DNA of 63,572 nt, filler included, from Asterionella formosa (GCA_002256025.1; 17 parts of 17 records of this genome joined end to end with filler, not necessarily neighbours in it); one strand, 5' to 3'; shown: positions 1-12,450, counted from the first letter of the whole stretch. The notes: generated by a model not told the origin, from the sequence alone. A program made the numbers and translations.

Positions 1-238
1 CGTCGGATTCTTTGCGCGACACCCACGTGCGAGCTTCGTAAGGATAGGATCGGCAAAGTGACAAGGCTCCGTTCCAATCTCGCCTCTGAATGGCCAGATA
101 CAGATCGGTGGGTTCCTTGTCAAAGTCGCACTCCTTCACGGCGAGCAAACTTTTGTGATCGAGTTTGATTTGCCGATTGAGGGTGGTGTCCTCATCGACT
201 CTATCGTCGTATACTGAGTGATTCCCAATAGGCGGCAT
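1..238 (-). CDS. 5' part of a diatom-type ankyrin-like repeat protein (runs off the window)
   Basis: Manual translation from ATG at 238, not in the ORF track: MPPIGNHSVYDDRVDEDTTLNRQIKLDHKSLLAVKECDFDKEPTDLYLAIQRRDWNGALSLCRSYPYEARTWVSRKESD. The ECDFDxxPTxLYxAIxxxxW...PxEAxTWV pattern is typical of an expanded diatom ankyrin-like family. Confidence 0.7.
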   Translation of the reverse strand, partial: MPPIGNHSVYDDRVDEDTTLNRQIKLDHKSLLAVKECDFDKEPTDLYLAIQRRDWNGALSLCRSYPYEARTWVSRKESD

Positions 239-1072
239 GGTGGGATGGTTGCACCGAACAGTTCTGTCAACGAGCGAATCAACTGAGCGATTGTACGTGT
301 ACAAAATGGCGCTTCTATCAAGTCAGCAAAAGTGATAGTGACTAAAATAGAATGAGAGGAATTTTTTCACAAGGTGGCAAGAATATCTCCACAGTGCAAA
401 ACATATGTCGATTTCATGTAATCATTATTATCTACAAATCTGTAGAACAAGTCAATTTGAGAGAAAACATATATCTTCATTTCTGAATAATGTCTATAAC
501 AAATTTGGCGCAAACCATAATTAGGATCCGATCAAGGAAGCATACTTGGAATTTTTTTTTAGTGTCCCCTACCGGTAAGTATCGCATGTCCTCGCCAAAT
601 AGTCGACTCGCTGATTCTGGCGCCCAGATCCCACCTGGCTTTATCCTCCATGCGGACTCGTCGGCATCCTAGATGTACATGTACGGGACGAGCTGCTGGT
701 AAATACGCATGGGAACCAAAATGTCCGCCCATGTGTCGCTGCGACCTGCTGCACGTAATATGTATGTAGTACCTGTATTCGCTACAACGGTACCAGGTAC
801 TCCGCAAATCCATACATGTATACCGGTAGCTAATACACATAACGGTATGCTCTTTGATTCTAATCCTACTGGGGCGTGATGAGGGCGTTGGCCTACTAAC
901 TATAATAACCGAAGTATATCCGGAAGTCTACCGGTAGTTGTTCAGTAGATTTTCCTAGTACCGGTAGACACATCGACTCTTTGAAATACTCTGCAGTAGA
1001 ACCGTCTTACCAGTACCAGGTACCACTTAAAAACTGTAAGCCACCGCCGCTACGGCGACTTTTGAACTGTAA

Positions 1073-1939
1073 GGGTCGTTCTTATCATTTTCGATTTGGT
1101 ATCATTTTTTTTGAAAAAGTATCATGTAACGGCTACTCGATTCAAACCGAAAAAATCCATTCTCCACAAAAATAAAAATAAAATTGTATCACCAAAAAGT
1201 ATCACGAAAATTCAACGGTTACGGGCTGGCTACAAACATGTGCTTTTCCTTCCTGACTAACAGTACATAATGGTACCAAGCCAGTCCTCAAACCATGCAA
1301 GAAATCTACGCGAATTATGCATATGGACTACTATAGTCAATGGTATTTGCACAGGTATTTGTTGTAGTCACGTGATCATTTTCGTATTCTATTGCCTAGT
1401 ACGTGTTGGACGAGTGATAGTAGAATGTACCGGTAGTGACAGCCAAAGCCAAAGTATTTGCACAGCTAGTATATGTCGTAGTCACGTGATCATTTTCGTA
1501 TTCTATTGCCTAGTACCTTGTCATGAATTCCCGGACCAGGTATCAGGGTACCAGGTACCTGGTACCTGTAATTAGATAGCGAGTATGTCTCTATGCACAT
1601 GACTCAATCTGTTCAATTTTCGACTCTGTTCTTTGGTGTTGTGGCTGAACATTACCACACACGGCCGCTATGATGATTATATTGTGCTTCTTTGATGCAC
1701 ACCATAATAATTTTTGTGTATATTATCTAGATGTCAATAAAAGTACTGCCCTGCAGGCGTATTTTCGGTTATTTTATTAGTGACAACGGAAATGATACCC
1801 GCGTGAAAACGTCAGTATCACTGATACCGTTTTTGGAGGGGGCAAAAAAAGGTATCAATTTTGTATCATTGATACAAAATTGATACCATCAAGTTACCGT
1901 TGCTGATACCGTGTTTTGATACCAACCGTCATTTTTTGC
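1073..1939. mobile_element. Non-autonomous DNA transposon-like element with GTATCA/TGATAC subterminal repeats
   Basis: Begins TAA|GGGTCGTT. GTATCA repeats at about 1095-1205 and mostly inverted TGATAC repeats at about 1790-1925, including a hairpin with 18-bp arms at 1851-1887. Right end is lost at the contig break. Confidence 0.4.
1364..1516 (+). repeat. 39-bp perfect direct repeat
   Basis: GTAGTCACGTGATCATTTTCGTATTCTATTGCCTAGTAC at 1364-1402 and 1478-1516, each preceded by GTATTTGCACAG. Confidence 0.9.
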
Positions 1940-2039
1940 NNNNNNNNNNNNNNNNNNNNNNNNNNNNNNNNNNNNNNNNNNNNTTAATTAATTAANNNNN
2001 NNNNNNNNNNNNNNNNNNNNNNNNNNNNNNNNNNNNNNN
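1940..2039. other. Artificial contig linker N44-TTAATTAATTAA-N44 (16 copies in the window)
   Basis: Identical 100-bp spacer with stops in all six frames, starting at 1940, 3985, 6033, 36982, 39029, 41076, 43123, 45173, 47219, 49265, 51310, 53355, 55399, 57443, 59487 and 61530. Confidence 0.98.
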
Positions 2040-2519
2040 TACCTGTGAGAGGGGGGGGGGTTGAGGAGTACAAACGAAACTAATGCTGCCATTGAGAGCA
2101 CAAAACTACCTCCAGCAGCAACAGGAGCAAGTGGTCATCCCAAACACAACACCATGTCATTTTCAAGAGACTAAAAGCAGCAAAGCATTAAATTAGTAAC
2201 CAACCAATACAGAGCTGTTAGTTTCAAATTTTTGTATCGGGGTTTCCTATGTAACATCATATTGACAATGTCCAACAAAATGGTTGATTCAAAATGGTAC
2301 TGAAAAGATTCAAGCAAGAGCCACTTTCAAAGAAAGAAGGGCGCCAGCCAAGCTGAGTTTGCAATTGAGGAAGACTACATTGTTGACCTGGCAGCCCGTG
2401 CCTGGGAAGTATCATTTGCCCAAGTTGACACCAAGCGGAATGCAATTGCCGGAAAGGGATGGGGAACAATGAACTAGTACAACACACATCTTCATAATGA
2501 AATACAACTGACTGAAGTT

Positions 2520-3020
2520 TCAGGAATGCAGACATAATTGAATGCAGCTATCTCGACCATCACACCAGCAAAAAGTAAAACTGAATTTAAAAAGGAGTCA
2601 ACGGCACCCTTCTTGACAAGCAAAGTTATTGAATACAGGAACAGAGAGGATTCAAGGAATGGCATCAATCTTATTCAGTTGGCTCGCCTACGGAAGGAGT
2701 CAGCGCTATTGGCGATCACGCAAAATAAAAGGTACATTGCAGGACTTCAAGTGGTGGCTGGGTGCTTTAAACTGGGAATGGAAGCACTGGACGATATAAC
2801 TAGGAGAAAAGAAGATCTGGGGAGGATGAGATTGAGAAAGCAAATAAGAAAGTTATGCATTATACAGCAACATTGAATAAGGTGCAAGCGATCAGAGCAC
2901 TTTAACAAACATCCACATGAATGGAAAATGGCTTAAACAAAAACAATGGTGTCCTTGTGGTGGCACAAACAAATTTTGCGATGCGCCATAACCTGAACAA
3001 AACAAATACTGCTTACCACC
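2520..3020 (+). pseudogene. Degenerate C-terminal part of a probable pogo-like (DDE_1) transposase
   Basis: YRNREDSRNG...RKESALLAITQNKRYIAGLQVVAGCFKLGMEALDDI resembles the C-terminal tails of diatom DDE transposases. Broken by stops and frameshifts; no catalytic core visible. Confidence 0.3.
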
Positions 3021-3430
3021 AGCAGGTATGTTGATTGATATAATGGGGTGGGATGTGGTGATGGCTGCACCAGTCCCAGTTGCCAGAGCTATAACACCAC
3101 CAGCAGCCTCAGCTGAAGAAGACAACAAGGATGAAGTCATGGCGATGGAAGAGTGATTTATGTGTTAACACAATAAATCGATATCAGTTGCTTGAAATGA
3201 GAAATTGGAGAAAATATGGAAAACCAGGTCGTATTTTCTAACCATTTCCCATTAAATAATTAATCTTCATGATGAAAAATAAAAAAGACCACTAAAATGC
3301 AAAATGAACAACTTAAAAAATTCGATATCATAAGTTTTATGCTTCAAATTGTTGAAATGATTTATTTATCTAAAAGGAGTACCGGTACATTCTATTCAAA
3401 GGGTTTTAATTGGGGTCCGTTGAAAATTTC

Positions 3431-3984
3431 TGCATCGGTGGAGCATGTAAGTATGTCCTGAAAGAGAATTTTGGAATTGCAGATGATTGGCTTCTTGAGC
3501 ATGTTGTGCCAAACATTCTTTCTCAGTACCCACGTGGTGTAGCATTGACGCTGGCAAGGCCACTTCTTTGGGCGGCTTTTGAGCCCAGTCTTCAGGGTTA
3601 CTTGCCAGTTGCTATGACGACTAGCGTTAAAAATGCGTATGCATTTGTTCGGCATCTGGAACCAGATGTAAATCCAGTTGAGAAGCGGTTGGTTGTTGTA
3701 ACCGGGCATGAAGCAGAGGTGTCCATTGACGAGGTTTGGGGGTCAGCTGCAATTGAAGGCAATATAGTCAATGTCCTTGGTGGTCAAGATGGTGCAGTAC
3801 AAGGTGGTGGAGTTCTGGCAGGAGGACAAAGAGGGGAACACCAAGATCGTCTGCAAAAGTCAAGCAACGAAATAATTGGACTTTACTCACAGCAAAAAGA
3901 GACACAACGCGATGTTGTGGAAATGAAAACTCAAATAGCAGTACTAACCAGCACTGTTAGCAAGGGAATGGGACGAATGGAGAG
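3431..3984 (+). mobile_element. Crypton-like (tyrosine recombinase transposon) ORF fragment
   Basis: CIGGACKYVLKENFGIADDWLLEHVVPNI...VALTLARPLLWAAF matches the segment that follows the recombinase core in stramenopile Crypton-type proteins. It is followed by a Gly-rich linker and coiled coil. Catalytic part missing; truncated by the contig end. Confidence 0.55.
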
Positions 3985-4084
3985 NNNNNNNNNNNNNNNN
4001 NNNNNNNNNNNNNNNNNNNNNNNNNNNNTTAATTAATTAANNNNNNNNNNNNNNNNNNNNNNNNNNNNNNNNNNNNNNNNNNNN

Positions 4085-5808
4085 TTACGGTGCACGAAAT
4101 ACGAAGATCGAAAATTGCGAAGCTATCGCGGCAAAATCTTCGATCTTCGTATTCGGGAAATTTTATGGCCACCTTACGGTCCCAAAGATTAAATAGTATG
4201 TCAATCCATACGTCAAATGACCGATCTCGAGAATTGAAATTTATTTCCTACATGAAAATTAGTAGTCTCGTCCGCAGGAATATTATAGTAATTAATTATA
4301 ATGAAAATTGTCTACACTCAATGCTCCATTATCATCGTTGCTGTTGTTGTTTTAAGGTGATCGGCCTTCACATTGTCCTATCTCCTTTCTCCTCTGCTCC
4401 CACCACCAGCATCTCTCTATTATCACAATGGCGACTGAAGGACCAACAGAATACTCAACTGAGGAGGAGCATTCCTTTTGCGACCATATTCGATATTGGA
4501 TAGGTGGCCCCATTCAAGTGCACATGCTTCGAAGTGTGCAGATTGCCATTATATTTTCTGCTGGTTGTGAACTTCAACACAGGTTTGCATCTAGGGAGGA
4601 GAAGAAATTTCGAACCTTTAAATATATTCTTCTGGTAGGCAGGACATCGATTCCATCCAATGTGCACACAATTGACTGAGCCTAAACAACCTGGAAGCCC
4701 AATGGAACTGTAATCATTTAGAATTCGTTGCAGTTGGTCATCATCTTCCTCTTCCTCTCTCAGTATGTATACATGTTCATCCTTCTTTTCTGCAAACTTT
4801 GAAGTCCAGTGAATGAAAAATTTTCGGTGTACCTCTTTAGAGATGTCAGTTTGAATATACACATACAAATTGGAAGCACCGGTTGCTAGAGTGTAGAGAA
4901 CACCCAGGAGGAGCAACTCAAGGTCCTTGCACAGAAGATTGGTGCAATCTTTCCTGTGCGGATCATACCAACCATTAGATATTGTCATATCATACAGCTT
5001 CAAGAATATGTCAAATGGAAGACGAAAAATTTTGTGAAAGAGTCTTGCTTTCCATGTGTTCATGTCCAATTGTAAGATGCGCTTTTCGTTTGTTAGGAAC
5101 TTCTTCCACCAACATGATTCTTCCCTTGACACCAGAGGTCATTTCTTTCTTTTTCGCTTAGCAGATGTTGTTGGACGGCAATTGCTGTTGGACGGCGATT
5201 GCTGATTCCCTCTTTCAGATTGAGCTTCCAAATGGAACTGAGAAACCAGCTCATTTTGCAACACAGCTGGCAAGGCTGCCTGCTGGTAGTTGCCATGACA
5301 ACCATTGTTGCTTCCATGGCTGTACACACTGTTCATAATGTGCCAGGAAGGTTGACCATAGCATTGGTGGAGTCATCATGTTACAAATTATTATCATAAA
5401 ACAAAAATATTAAAAGTAAGAATGACTATATTTATAATATCTGTGGTAATAATAATGACAATAATACTACAATAGAAGTATCGAAGTAACGAATACTAGC
5501 TATATCATCAGTATATGTGATGATGATTATATATTGTTTCCGCCGTTCTGATTGGTGGAGACAATCTTTGTTTGCCCGAAGATTAATCTTCAGGAAACGA
5601 AGATTGTTCAAGAAAATACGAAGATTGGGTCAATATCGGGGATGACACTCGAAATATTTGGGCCAACGAAGATTAATCTTCGTGATTGGGGGGGATTTGC
5701 GAGTTATTTAGCCCGTAAGGCCGTAAGGGACGAAAATATGAAGATTAAACGCCCAACAGGTATCCAGGCGACTGAATCTTCGTAATTCGGGCACCGTAAG
5801 ACAGGGCC
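4085..5808 (-). mobile_element. Internally deleted PIF/Harbinger element with terminal inverted repeats
   Basis: TTACGGTGCACGAAATACGAAGAT (4085-4108) is the reverse complement of 5776-5799 with 2 mismatches in 24. The right end continues ...GACAGGGCC|TTA, giving a GGCC terminus and TTA target site typical of Harbinger. CGAAGAT/ATCTTCG subterminal repeats at both ends. Confidence 0.75.
4455..5132 (-). pseudogene. Truncated Harbinger (plant-transposon-protein/DDE_Tnp_4-like) transposase
   Basis: FHKIFRLPFDIFLKL and GLPGCLGSVNCVHIGWNRCP (family consensus GxPGxxGSxDCxH). The first catalytic Asp is replaced by Asn and the rest of the DDE core is absent. Confidence 0.8.
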
Positions 5809-6132
5809 TTAGGGTGTTTGTTTGACTTCTCCGACTAAAGGTAAATTCTATAGAATTTAGGGACTTATCCCAAACAGGGTTGAAAAAGAGAAAACTGTTC
5901 ATAAATTCAACTGCCCATTGGCATTTGCACCACAATTGCAGCACCGATTGGACCACTATTGCTTAGAGAAACCAAAATTGCACCATCAGACTACCCATAT
6001 ATTAAATCCGTGCTACTGCCTGCACTACCGTANNNNNNNNNNNNNNNNNNNNNNNNNNNNNNNNNNNNNNNNNNNNTTAATTAATTAANNNNNNNNNNNN
6101 NNNNNNNNNNNNNNNNNNNNNNNNNNNNNNNN

Positions 6133-6970
6133 ATGTATTTTAATCGAAAGTGCTTTCGTGGTGTACATGACGGCTGGCTCACTGGAGACAGTGTTGAAAG
6201 CGCTCTCCAAATGGGGGAAGCCTTGATCAAGGCTGGTTCTGATCATTTTGACATTCGTGTGGACGTACATATGTTGACAGAAATGACTCCACGTCTCTTG
6301 GAAGCAGTTGAACTTTTGCTGAAAGATGTATATGGGTTGAGTGAATATCTTTTCCCTGTCGCATACCGCATTTATGTGACCCTTCCGATGGTTGCCAAGG
6401 ATGTCGATGGTGAAAAGTCTTCAAAATTACTTATTAAGAACTTTAATAAAACGGTAAGCGATGATTGCACGAGATGGTTCCTGGCGAGGATTCGATTCAC
6501 TCAGATCTCACTTTGATAGTATTTTATTCCCTGTCTCTGACACATTCAATCGTTTCCAGAACTATGTGAATTGGCTAAATGCTACCAAACGCCACAATGA
6601 AGATGCTCTTTATTCTATTGATCCCTTTGGCAAAGAACCCATTCGAGACCCTTGCAAGTTGATGGCTGACATGGAAGCCGACCCTCGTTTTGTTATTCAT
6701 ACGTCAATCTTTCTGTCTGATGGTGCCGGGAAGGATTTTGCTGGTGGTGTTGCCTTGTATGTCGACGAACATAACAGTAATTCCAATCCAAGACGAAGGA
6801 TTCAACGTGGAGTATCCATTGATGGTCATCGTGGAAGGATAGTGGTTTCCACTGGAGGACTGGAAAACCGTCGATGTCGGTTGCCAACTAGAGCAGGTAT
6901 TCGAGCTGTTTTGCAGATTTGGTGGGATACTGGCAATGCAAGCTCGACTTGTGATACCATCACATTGTAG
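6133..6970 (+). CDS. OGFOD3-like 2OG-Fe(II) oxygenase-fold protein, 5'-truncated; exons 6133-6453 and 6560-6970
   Basis: GT-AG intron 6454-6559 (gtaagc...ttccag) joins the two ORFs in frame. Motifs KCFRGVHDGW, HTSIFLSD..DFAGG, GRIVVSTGGLENR...GIRAVLQIWW parallel OGFOD3. Confidence 0.7.
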
Positions 6971-7149
6971 GAGATCGTTATTGGTACCGTAAAATGATTT
7001 TTGGCTTTTCAATCGACATTAAGTTGCAATAGATTCGATGTACTGATTTTATTCAATGCACATTACGCCTTACTTCTATTTCCTAGTCTTAATAGACAGA
7101 GATGAATGACGCAAGAAACATTGATTGCAGTGAAAACTATAATTGCCTC

Positions 7150-8130
7150 TGCACTAGAGCCTCCCTCAAAGATACATACCCTATAGGATAGGATACACCC
7201 TCTATACAAGATACACTTTTCTCAATGGAGCGCCCCCAATTGGAAATCCTTATAAGGGACCTCTCTATACGATACACCCATCCATTAGATACACTTGGAT
7301 ACACTTTTTCTATAAAATTGGTTATTCTGATCTCTGTATAAGATAAGAACAAGCGCCGCACACTCTGCTCTCAGTTTGAGCCAGTAGTTTTTTACCTTGT
7401 TTTCCATGCTTTGATCATCTCAAATCAGTGATGTGGACTGACAATCTTCAGTAGTATTACATGCTTAAGCATGTTATAGAAGTGTCAGTAGTATGCGTAC
7501 CACATCATCTTGCTTAGCGATGATCTGGTGGTAATATCACTTGTGACATTACTTGTTAATGACACTTTTTATAATAATAACTTTTAGTTATATCCTTTAC
7601 TGAAATGAACCTTGATCGTTTCTTGTCCATTTGCTTCCATTCTTTCACTCATTTCAATCTCCAAGATTCAGACATCATCACCATTGGGAACTGAAGGAAC
7701 TATTGTGAAGAGCATGTTGGATAGCAGCAATAGAGCTACTTGGAGAAGGGATAGTGTTAGAGAAGTTGCTTTTAAACTTTCCATAAGCATTGGAACTGTT
7801 CAAAAAGCAAAGAAAAAGAAGGAGGACTTGCTGATGGAAGGAGAATTGATGCGATCAATGAAAATGGCTTTCCTTAATAGCGGTACGGAAATCATTGATT
7901 TGAGCCGCCCTGGAGTTGTGTACAAGTCAAGAAGCAAAGCATGGATGACAAATCCTATTTTCAATGAGTATCTATTGGATTTGAATGCATACATGGCTTC
8001 TCAGAACAGGAAGATTTTTTATTCTTAGATAACGCCCCTGTTCACATTGTTGATGAGGAAACAAGCTCAAGGCTAACATATGTAAAGGTTCAATTCTTCC
8101 CTTCATGGCTTTCCAAACTTGGTAGCCATT
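7150..8130 (+). mobile_element. Degenerate pogo/Tigger-type transposon
   Basis: HTH-like GDSVREVAFKLSISIGTVQK and DDE_1 motifs VYKSRSKAWMTNPIFNEYL...RKI-(frameshift)-LDNAPVH. Cluster of GATACAC subterminal repeats at about 7170-7310. Confidence 0.7.
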
Positions 8131-8189
8131 GCAACAGAAAAGAATGAAGGAAGAGAGGAAAGTGAAAAAGAACGTAGTCAGAAAGAAAG

Positions 8190-8505
8190 GAAGAGCTAGT
8201 CGAAGAAGACTACCAGTGGAAGCAAAGAAAATGAAAGAAGCAAGGGCTAGTCGAAGAAGACTACCAGTGGAAGCAAAGAAAATGAAAGAAGCAAGGGCTA
8301 GTCGACGAAGACTACCGATGGAAGTGAGTGAAGGAAATTAAAGAAGTATCTAGAAAGAATTGAAGGGTAGCCGAAGAATACTACCGATGGAAGTAAATGA
8401 TATGAACGAAGGAATCAAAAACAAGAAAGGAAGTGCTAGTCGAAAAAGACTACTGATTGAAAAGAAGAAGAAGAGCTAGTCGAAAAAGACTACTGATTGA
8501 AAAGA
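8190..8505 (+). repeat. 51-bp tandem repeat decaying into shorter purine-rich copies
   Basis: Unit GCTAGTCGAAGAAGACTACCAGTGGAAGCAAAGAAAATGAAAGAAGCAAGG, about 2.7 copies, followed by diverged GCTAGTCGAAAAAGACTACTGATTG copies. Confidence 0.9.
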
Positions 8506-9668
8506 AGAAGAAGAAGCAGCAGCAGCAGATGAAGAAGAATAAAAGAAATATGATGTTGGAAGGTTTGGGCTCAATAACCAGTTGAAAGTGTTATGGAAAC
8601 TGTAGATAATTGAATAATAGTAACTTAAATGAAGACTTTTAGACTCTATGTTTCAGAGCAAAGTGAGCTAAATGGTAAAGGATTTAAGTAGAAGCTAGGA
8701 GTTGTCACCAGTTGACAATGACAGTCAATTTGAGAGAATGCAAGTAAGTAATAGTGGAGTATCCACAATGGGCAAGTTGACCAGCATTAACTACAAAAGT
8801 TATGTGGGAACCAAATGTCTGGAGAAATTGGTATTTAACTAGTACTACTAGTGTCTATCCTTGTTCAATCAAGATTTTTGAACCTTATTCAAAGAAGCAC
8901 CATTTAGAATCCCCCATTTACTCTTGAATTCGGATGTCATCAAAAAGTCGAAACAAAGCCACTCTGAGGTTGTGGTTGCTCCTAGCCCTCTTTGTTTGAT
9001 TGTCACTTTCATCTTACAGCTCAATGATTTGAGCAAACTTGTCTTGATATCAAAATCTTGTTTTCTCCAAAGCAGCAGTGTTCTTGCCCCAAAACCCGAC
9101 CCTACACAGCTCTGTTCCATCTCAGACAAAAAGCCTTCATTGCCATCTGCAGCTCTTCCTCCTCACCAATCTCCACCATTGTTGTCAGCTTGAAATGCAC
9201 TGTATCATTGATGCAAACATGAGCTCTTTCTCCTCACCAATCTCCACCATTGTTGTCAGCTTGATGCAAACATGAGCTCCACATCATCACTGTTGCACCC
9301 AGCTTCGCCCATTTGTGACACTGGGTACTAGGCCGAGTATTTCTCCATCTCGAAGGGATTCCGTGCTTAACAAAATTATATGATGCGCCACATACTCGGA
9401 GCTTCTTCTTATAATAGAAAAATAATATGTTCTATTTTCTGCACAAGTAAAATATTTGGCTGTGTAGCACTGGACCAGATGTACACTGAGTTTTTCAGGA
9501 GCGTGGTGGACGACGGAAGCACGGGATTTACGCTAGCAGGTACCGGTAGTATGATGATGTGATAATTTGCTGCCCACCTTTTCTTATTGGCACGTTGCAT
9601 TCTTGCTTTACTTATTTATGTCCCCTTCCTTCCAGTCATCATTGTTCTTCGTCAGCTCATCGTCTCCA

Positions 9669-10528
9669 ATGCCCCCTCAATTGACTCAAGTAGCCCGACT
9701 ATCGGATGGAATGCCTTTAGTGGCGACAATCTCAAGTAGTCCAGATTCGCCGGTGACTTCCACACAGCAAGGCCAAGCCAAGGACATTCTACGGTCGTTG
9801 ACGCATCAGTGAGTGCACCTTTCTCGTGACCCCCCTTGCCGTACGATACTTGCCCTCCTCACATCTGACTATCGCTCCAGATCTCCCACGAAAATGGCCA
9901 TCGGATCGGGGAATCACGTGTTTTATTACATGGTTCGCGACACTCTGTGCTTCCTCACCATGGCAGAATCGAGTTACCCCAAGCGGACAGCGTTTCTTTA
10001 CCTGGAAGAAATTGCCGACATCATCCTCAACGAACTACTGAAAGAATTTGGAAATGAGGTGCGTTCAATCAGGAACAAGGTTGTATGGTTTCTGGACTCG
10101 TTCTCTCACAGATACACTAAATACTATGCCTGCCGATGCCTGTACATAATCATTGACAAGCCCAGTGGCGGACCCAAGTGGACACTACTGCCCGGCCGTT
10201 TCGATTCATTCATTACGATCCTGTGATTCAAAGAAAGCAAAGAGAGTTTAGAGAACCCAAATCTCAACAAAACAATAGCAAGCTCAATGATGACTTATCA
10301 GAGATTCAAAACATTATGAAGAAGAATATTGATGAAATCTTGAATCGAGGGGAGAAGTTGGACTATGTTAGCAATATTTCCCAGGAACTTCAACAAAAGA
10401 GCAAGGATTTCAAGTGGGGTGCCAAGAAATTGACCTGGCAGGCAAGGTTGCAGCAATATGGACCAGTGGTGGTAGGGTCTTGTTTTATCTTGTTTGTTTT
10501 GTATTTCAAATTCTTTTGTGGTAAATGA
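9669..10528 (+). CDS. SEC22: Vesicle-trafficking R-SNARE Sec22; exons 9669-9808, 9881-10058, 10166-10528
   Basis: Longin N-terminus (LTQVARLSDGMPL; SYPKRTAFLYLEEI), ARPFRFIHYD, synaptobrevin motif (IMKKNIDEILNRGEKLD) and a C-terminal transmembrane helix. Two in-frame GT-AG introns. Confidence 0.93.
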
Positions 10529-11113
10529 ATAGCACAAGTTTCGTTGCTCCTGCTCCTTGCAGAGCTAAATATTTTCTCTGTCTAGGTAAATGATAGAGTC
10601 CCAATACATTCATCATAATATTCTGGTGTGCAGAAATGTTGCCTTTTTCCCGGGATTTGTGGAGCAGGAATTTTTCGCCAGAACTTGACAAAATTCCTTT
10701 TCAATAGATTCTATTGACGAGTAAGTATGCCTAATAGTGATTGAGGGAAGATTTTGATAAAAGGTATACAATGGATAATACAAAAGATACGCCAATGTAC
10801 TATAGGCTCACAAGGCAATTTGGTGATTAAAATCATCAGTCATCAGCAGGCCTTTTGTTGAATGGGGCAGAGCATGACGAGGGTTTCTCCCTTGTTTCCA
10901 CCATGAGCAGTGATGCATGTTGCTATTCTTTCTGCTCAATCATCACACATGTGACGATAATATAGTTGGATTGTATACGTACCACCATGCACTACGGCAG
11001 GATCCAATCTGGCTATCATATAGATTTGTTTCCACGATGGGTGCATGTTTAGTTTTACAAAGGACAAACGAGAGATGTAAATAGTGCACAGCGAACCTTC
11101 ATTTTGCTCATAT

Positions 11114-12450
11114 TTATGAATATATTCCGTCATCGTTGCTCTCTGTAGGATCGTTTCCTTCGCTTTCTAGTGCACCTCGGAGCTTCCTTCTCCCTGCGAT
11201 TCCTTCGCCTTGTCCGATAGTTTGTGCTGGGAATTTGACTAGCAGCGTTGTCATGTTGTCTTTGCTCCCCATTCTTAAACAAATATCCAAAGTCTGTGCA
11301 GTAGAGTTAGTATAATGGTAGGGTAGGGTATCTACAGAGCTCTGCCTGTAAATCGAGAATAGAATAGAAAACACTGTTGCAATCCACTGTCACGTACCTC
11401 TTCACATATGAGTCCCAGGTTGGATTCCCCCTCTTTGAAAATGTCTGCCACAGTCTTGACGCATTCATGATTTGATTGAACATCCCAAATTCCATCACAC
11501 GCCACAATAACGAATTCATCCGTCTCAGGATTGCGAATCTGAACAATGATATCAGGACAAGCCGTAACTTTCATGTCTTCTGGTGCCAAAAGTTTGTTGT
11601 TTCCGTCACGTGCCGCTGTCTCCGAAAATTCGTTTCCTAGAAGGACTGCATTCGTGTCCTTGAATCGGAAATCCCCCAAGCCTCGACTTACCGCAAGGTC
11701 TCCTTCCACACGGCCACCTGAGACATATCCCCCTGCAGCTTTGATTCTCCTCTCTTCATCGTCATCATCTGGCTTGTGGTCGTAGGACAATGGGTATGCC
11801 TTATTTCCCTGTTTTGAAAAGACGGCTCTCGAATCCCCTGCGTTGGCACAAACCACCCAGTGGGGCGTGACCATCACCGCCACAGCCGTGGATCCCGAGT
11901 CTTCGTCGTCGGTGGGTCTCAGTGGGTCAGAGGCCGGATTGAGGTCGTCGTCGTGGTAAGGCTTGTTCGCGTCTGCGACGGGTCGTCCCTGCACAGCCAT
12001 CAGTATTTCTCTATCCAAGTCCACAAATGCGTCTCTCAAGGCCCCTTCCAAAAGGGCGAGGCCGGACTGAACGTACTTGACTCTCTCCGGCGTTGTGGCA
12101 ATTGCGAGTTCCCTGTCGTTTCGCTCCTTCGCGAACTTGGAGTAGGCAACAAACTTGGGTTGACGCGAAAGGACGCGGCATAGATTGGCTCCGGCGTACA
12201 GAGCGGCAAAGGTGCCTCCGTGTCCGTCAAAGACGGCGAAGAGCGAATGACCCTCTAGCTCCAGCTTGGGAGCCGCTGTGTCTTCTGTCCGCTGCGGAGG
12301 CTGGGCGTACAAGTGCGACTCGCAAATGTGCGCGTCTTCCATGTGAATTCTCCAACCCTGCATGGAGGAGACGGCGTACTCAATGCCACAGGGCGTGGAA
12401 CCGCAGTGGGTTTCTTTGTCGGTCACTGGCGATCCTAGTAAGTTGCCCAT
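11114..12450 (-). CDS. Protein phosphatase 2C (PPM family, N-myristoylation-type start); exons 12450-11398 and 11293-11114
   Basis: MGNLLGS start, SMQGWRIHMEDAH, VFDGHGG, NAGDSRA, DHKP, LAVSRGLGD, ACDGIWDV and GSKDNMT. Intron 11397-11294 has gtacgt donor, ctaac branch point and cag acceptor. Confidence 0.95.

Noticed and set aside
1984..1995. TTAATTAATTAA recurring about every 2 kb as a biological periodic repeat
   Set aside because: It is always embedded in N runs and is an artificial six-frame stop linker. ORFs ending in X...LIN are artefacts.
8129..8505. Repeat array as a CRISPR array or a real RASRRRLP protein
   Set aside because: Units are contiguous tandem copies without unique spacers, there are no cas genes, the context is eukaryotic, and the frame breaks in later copies.
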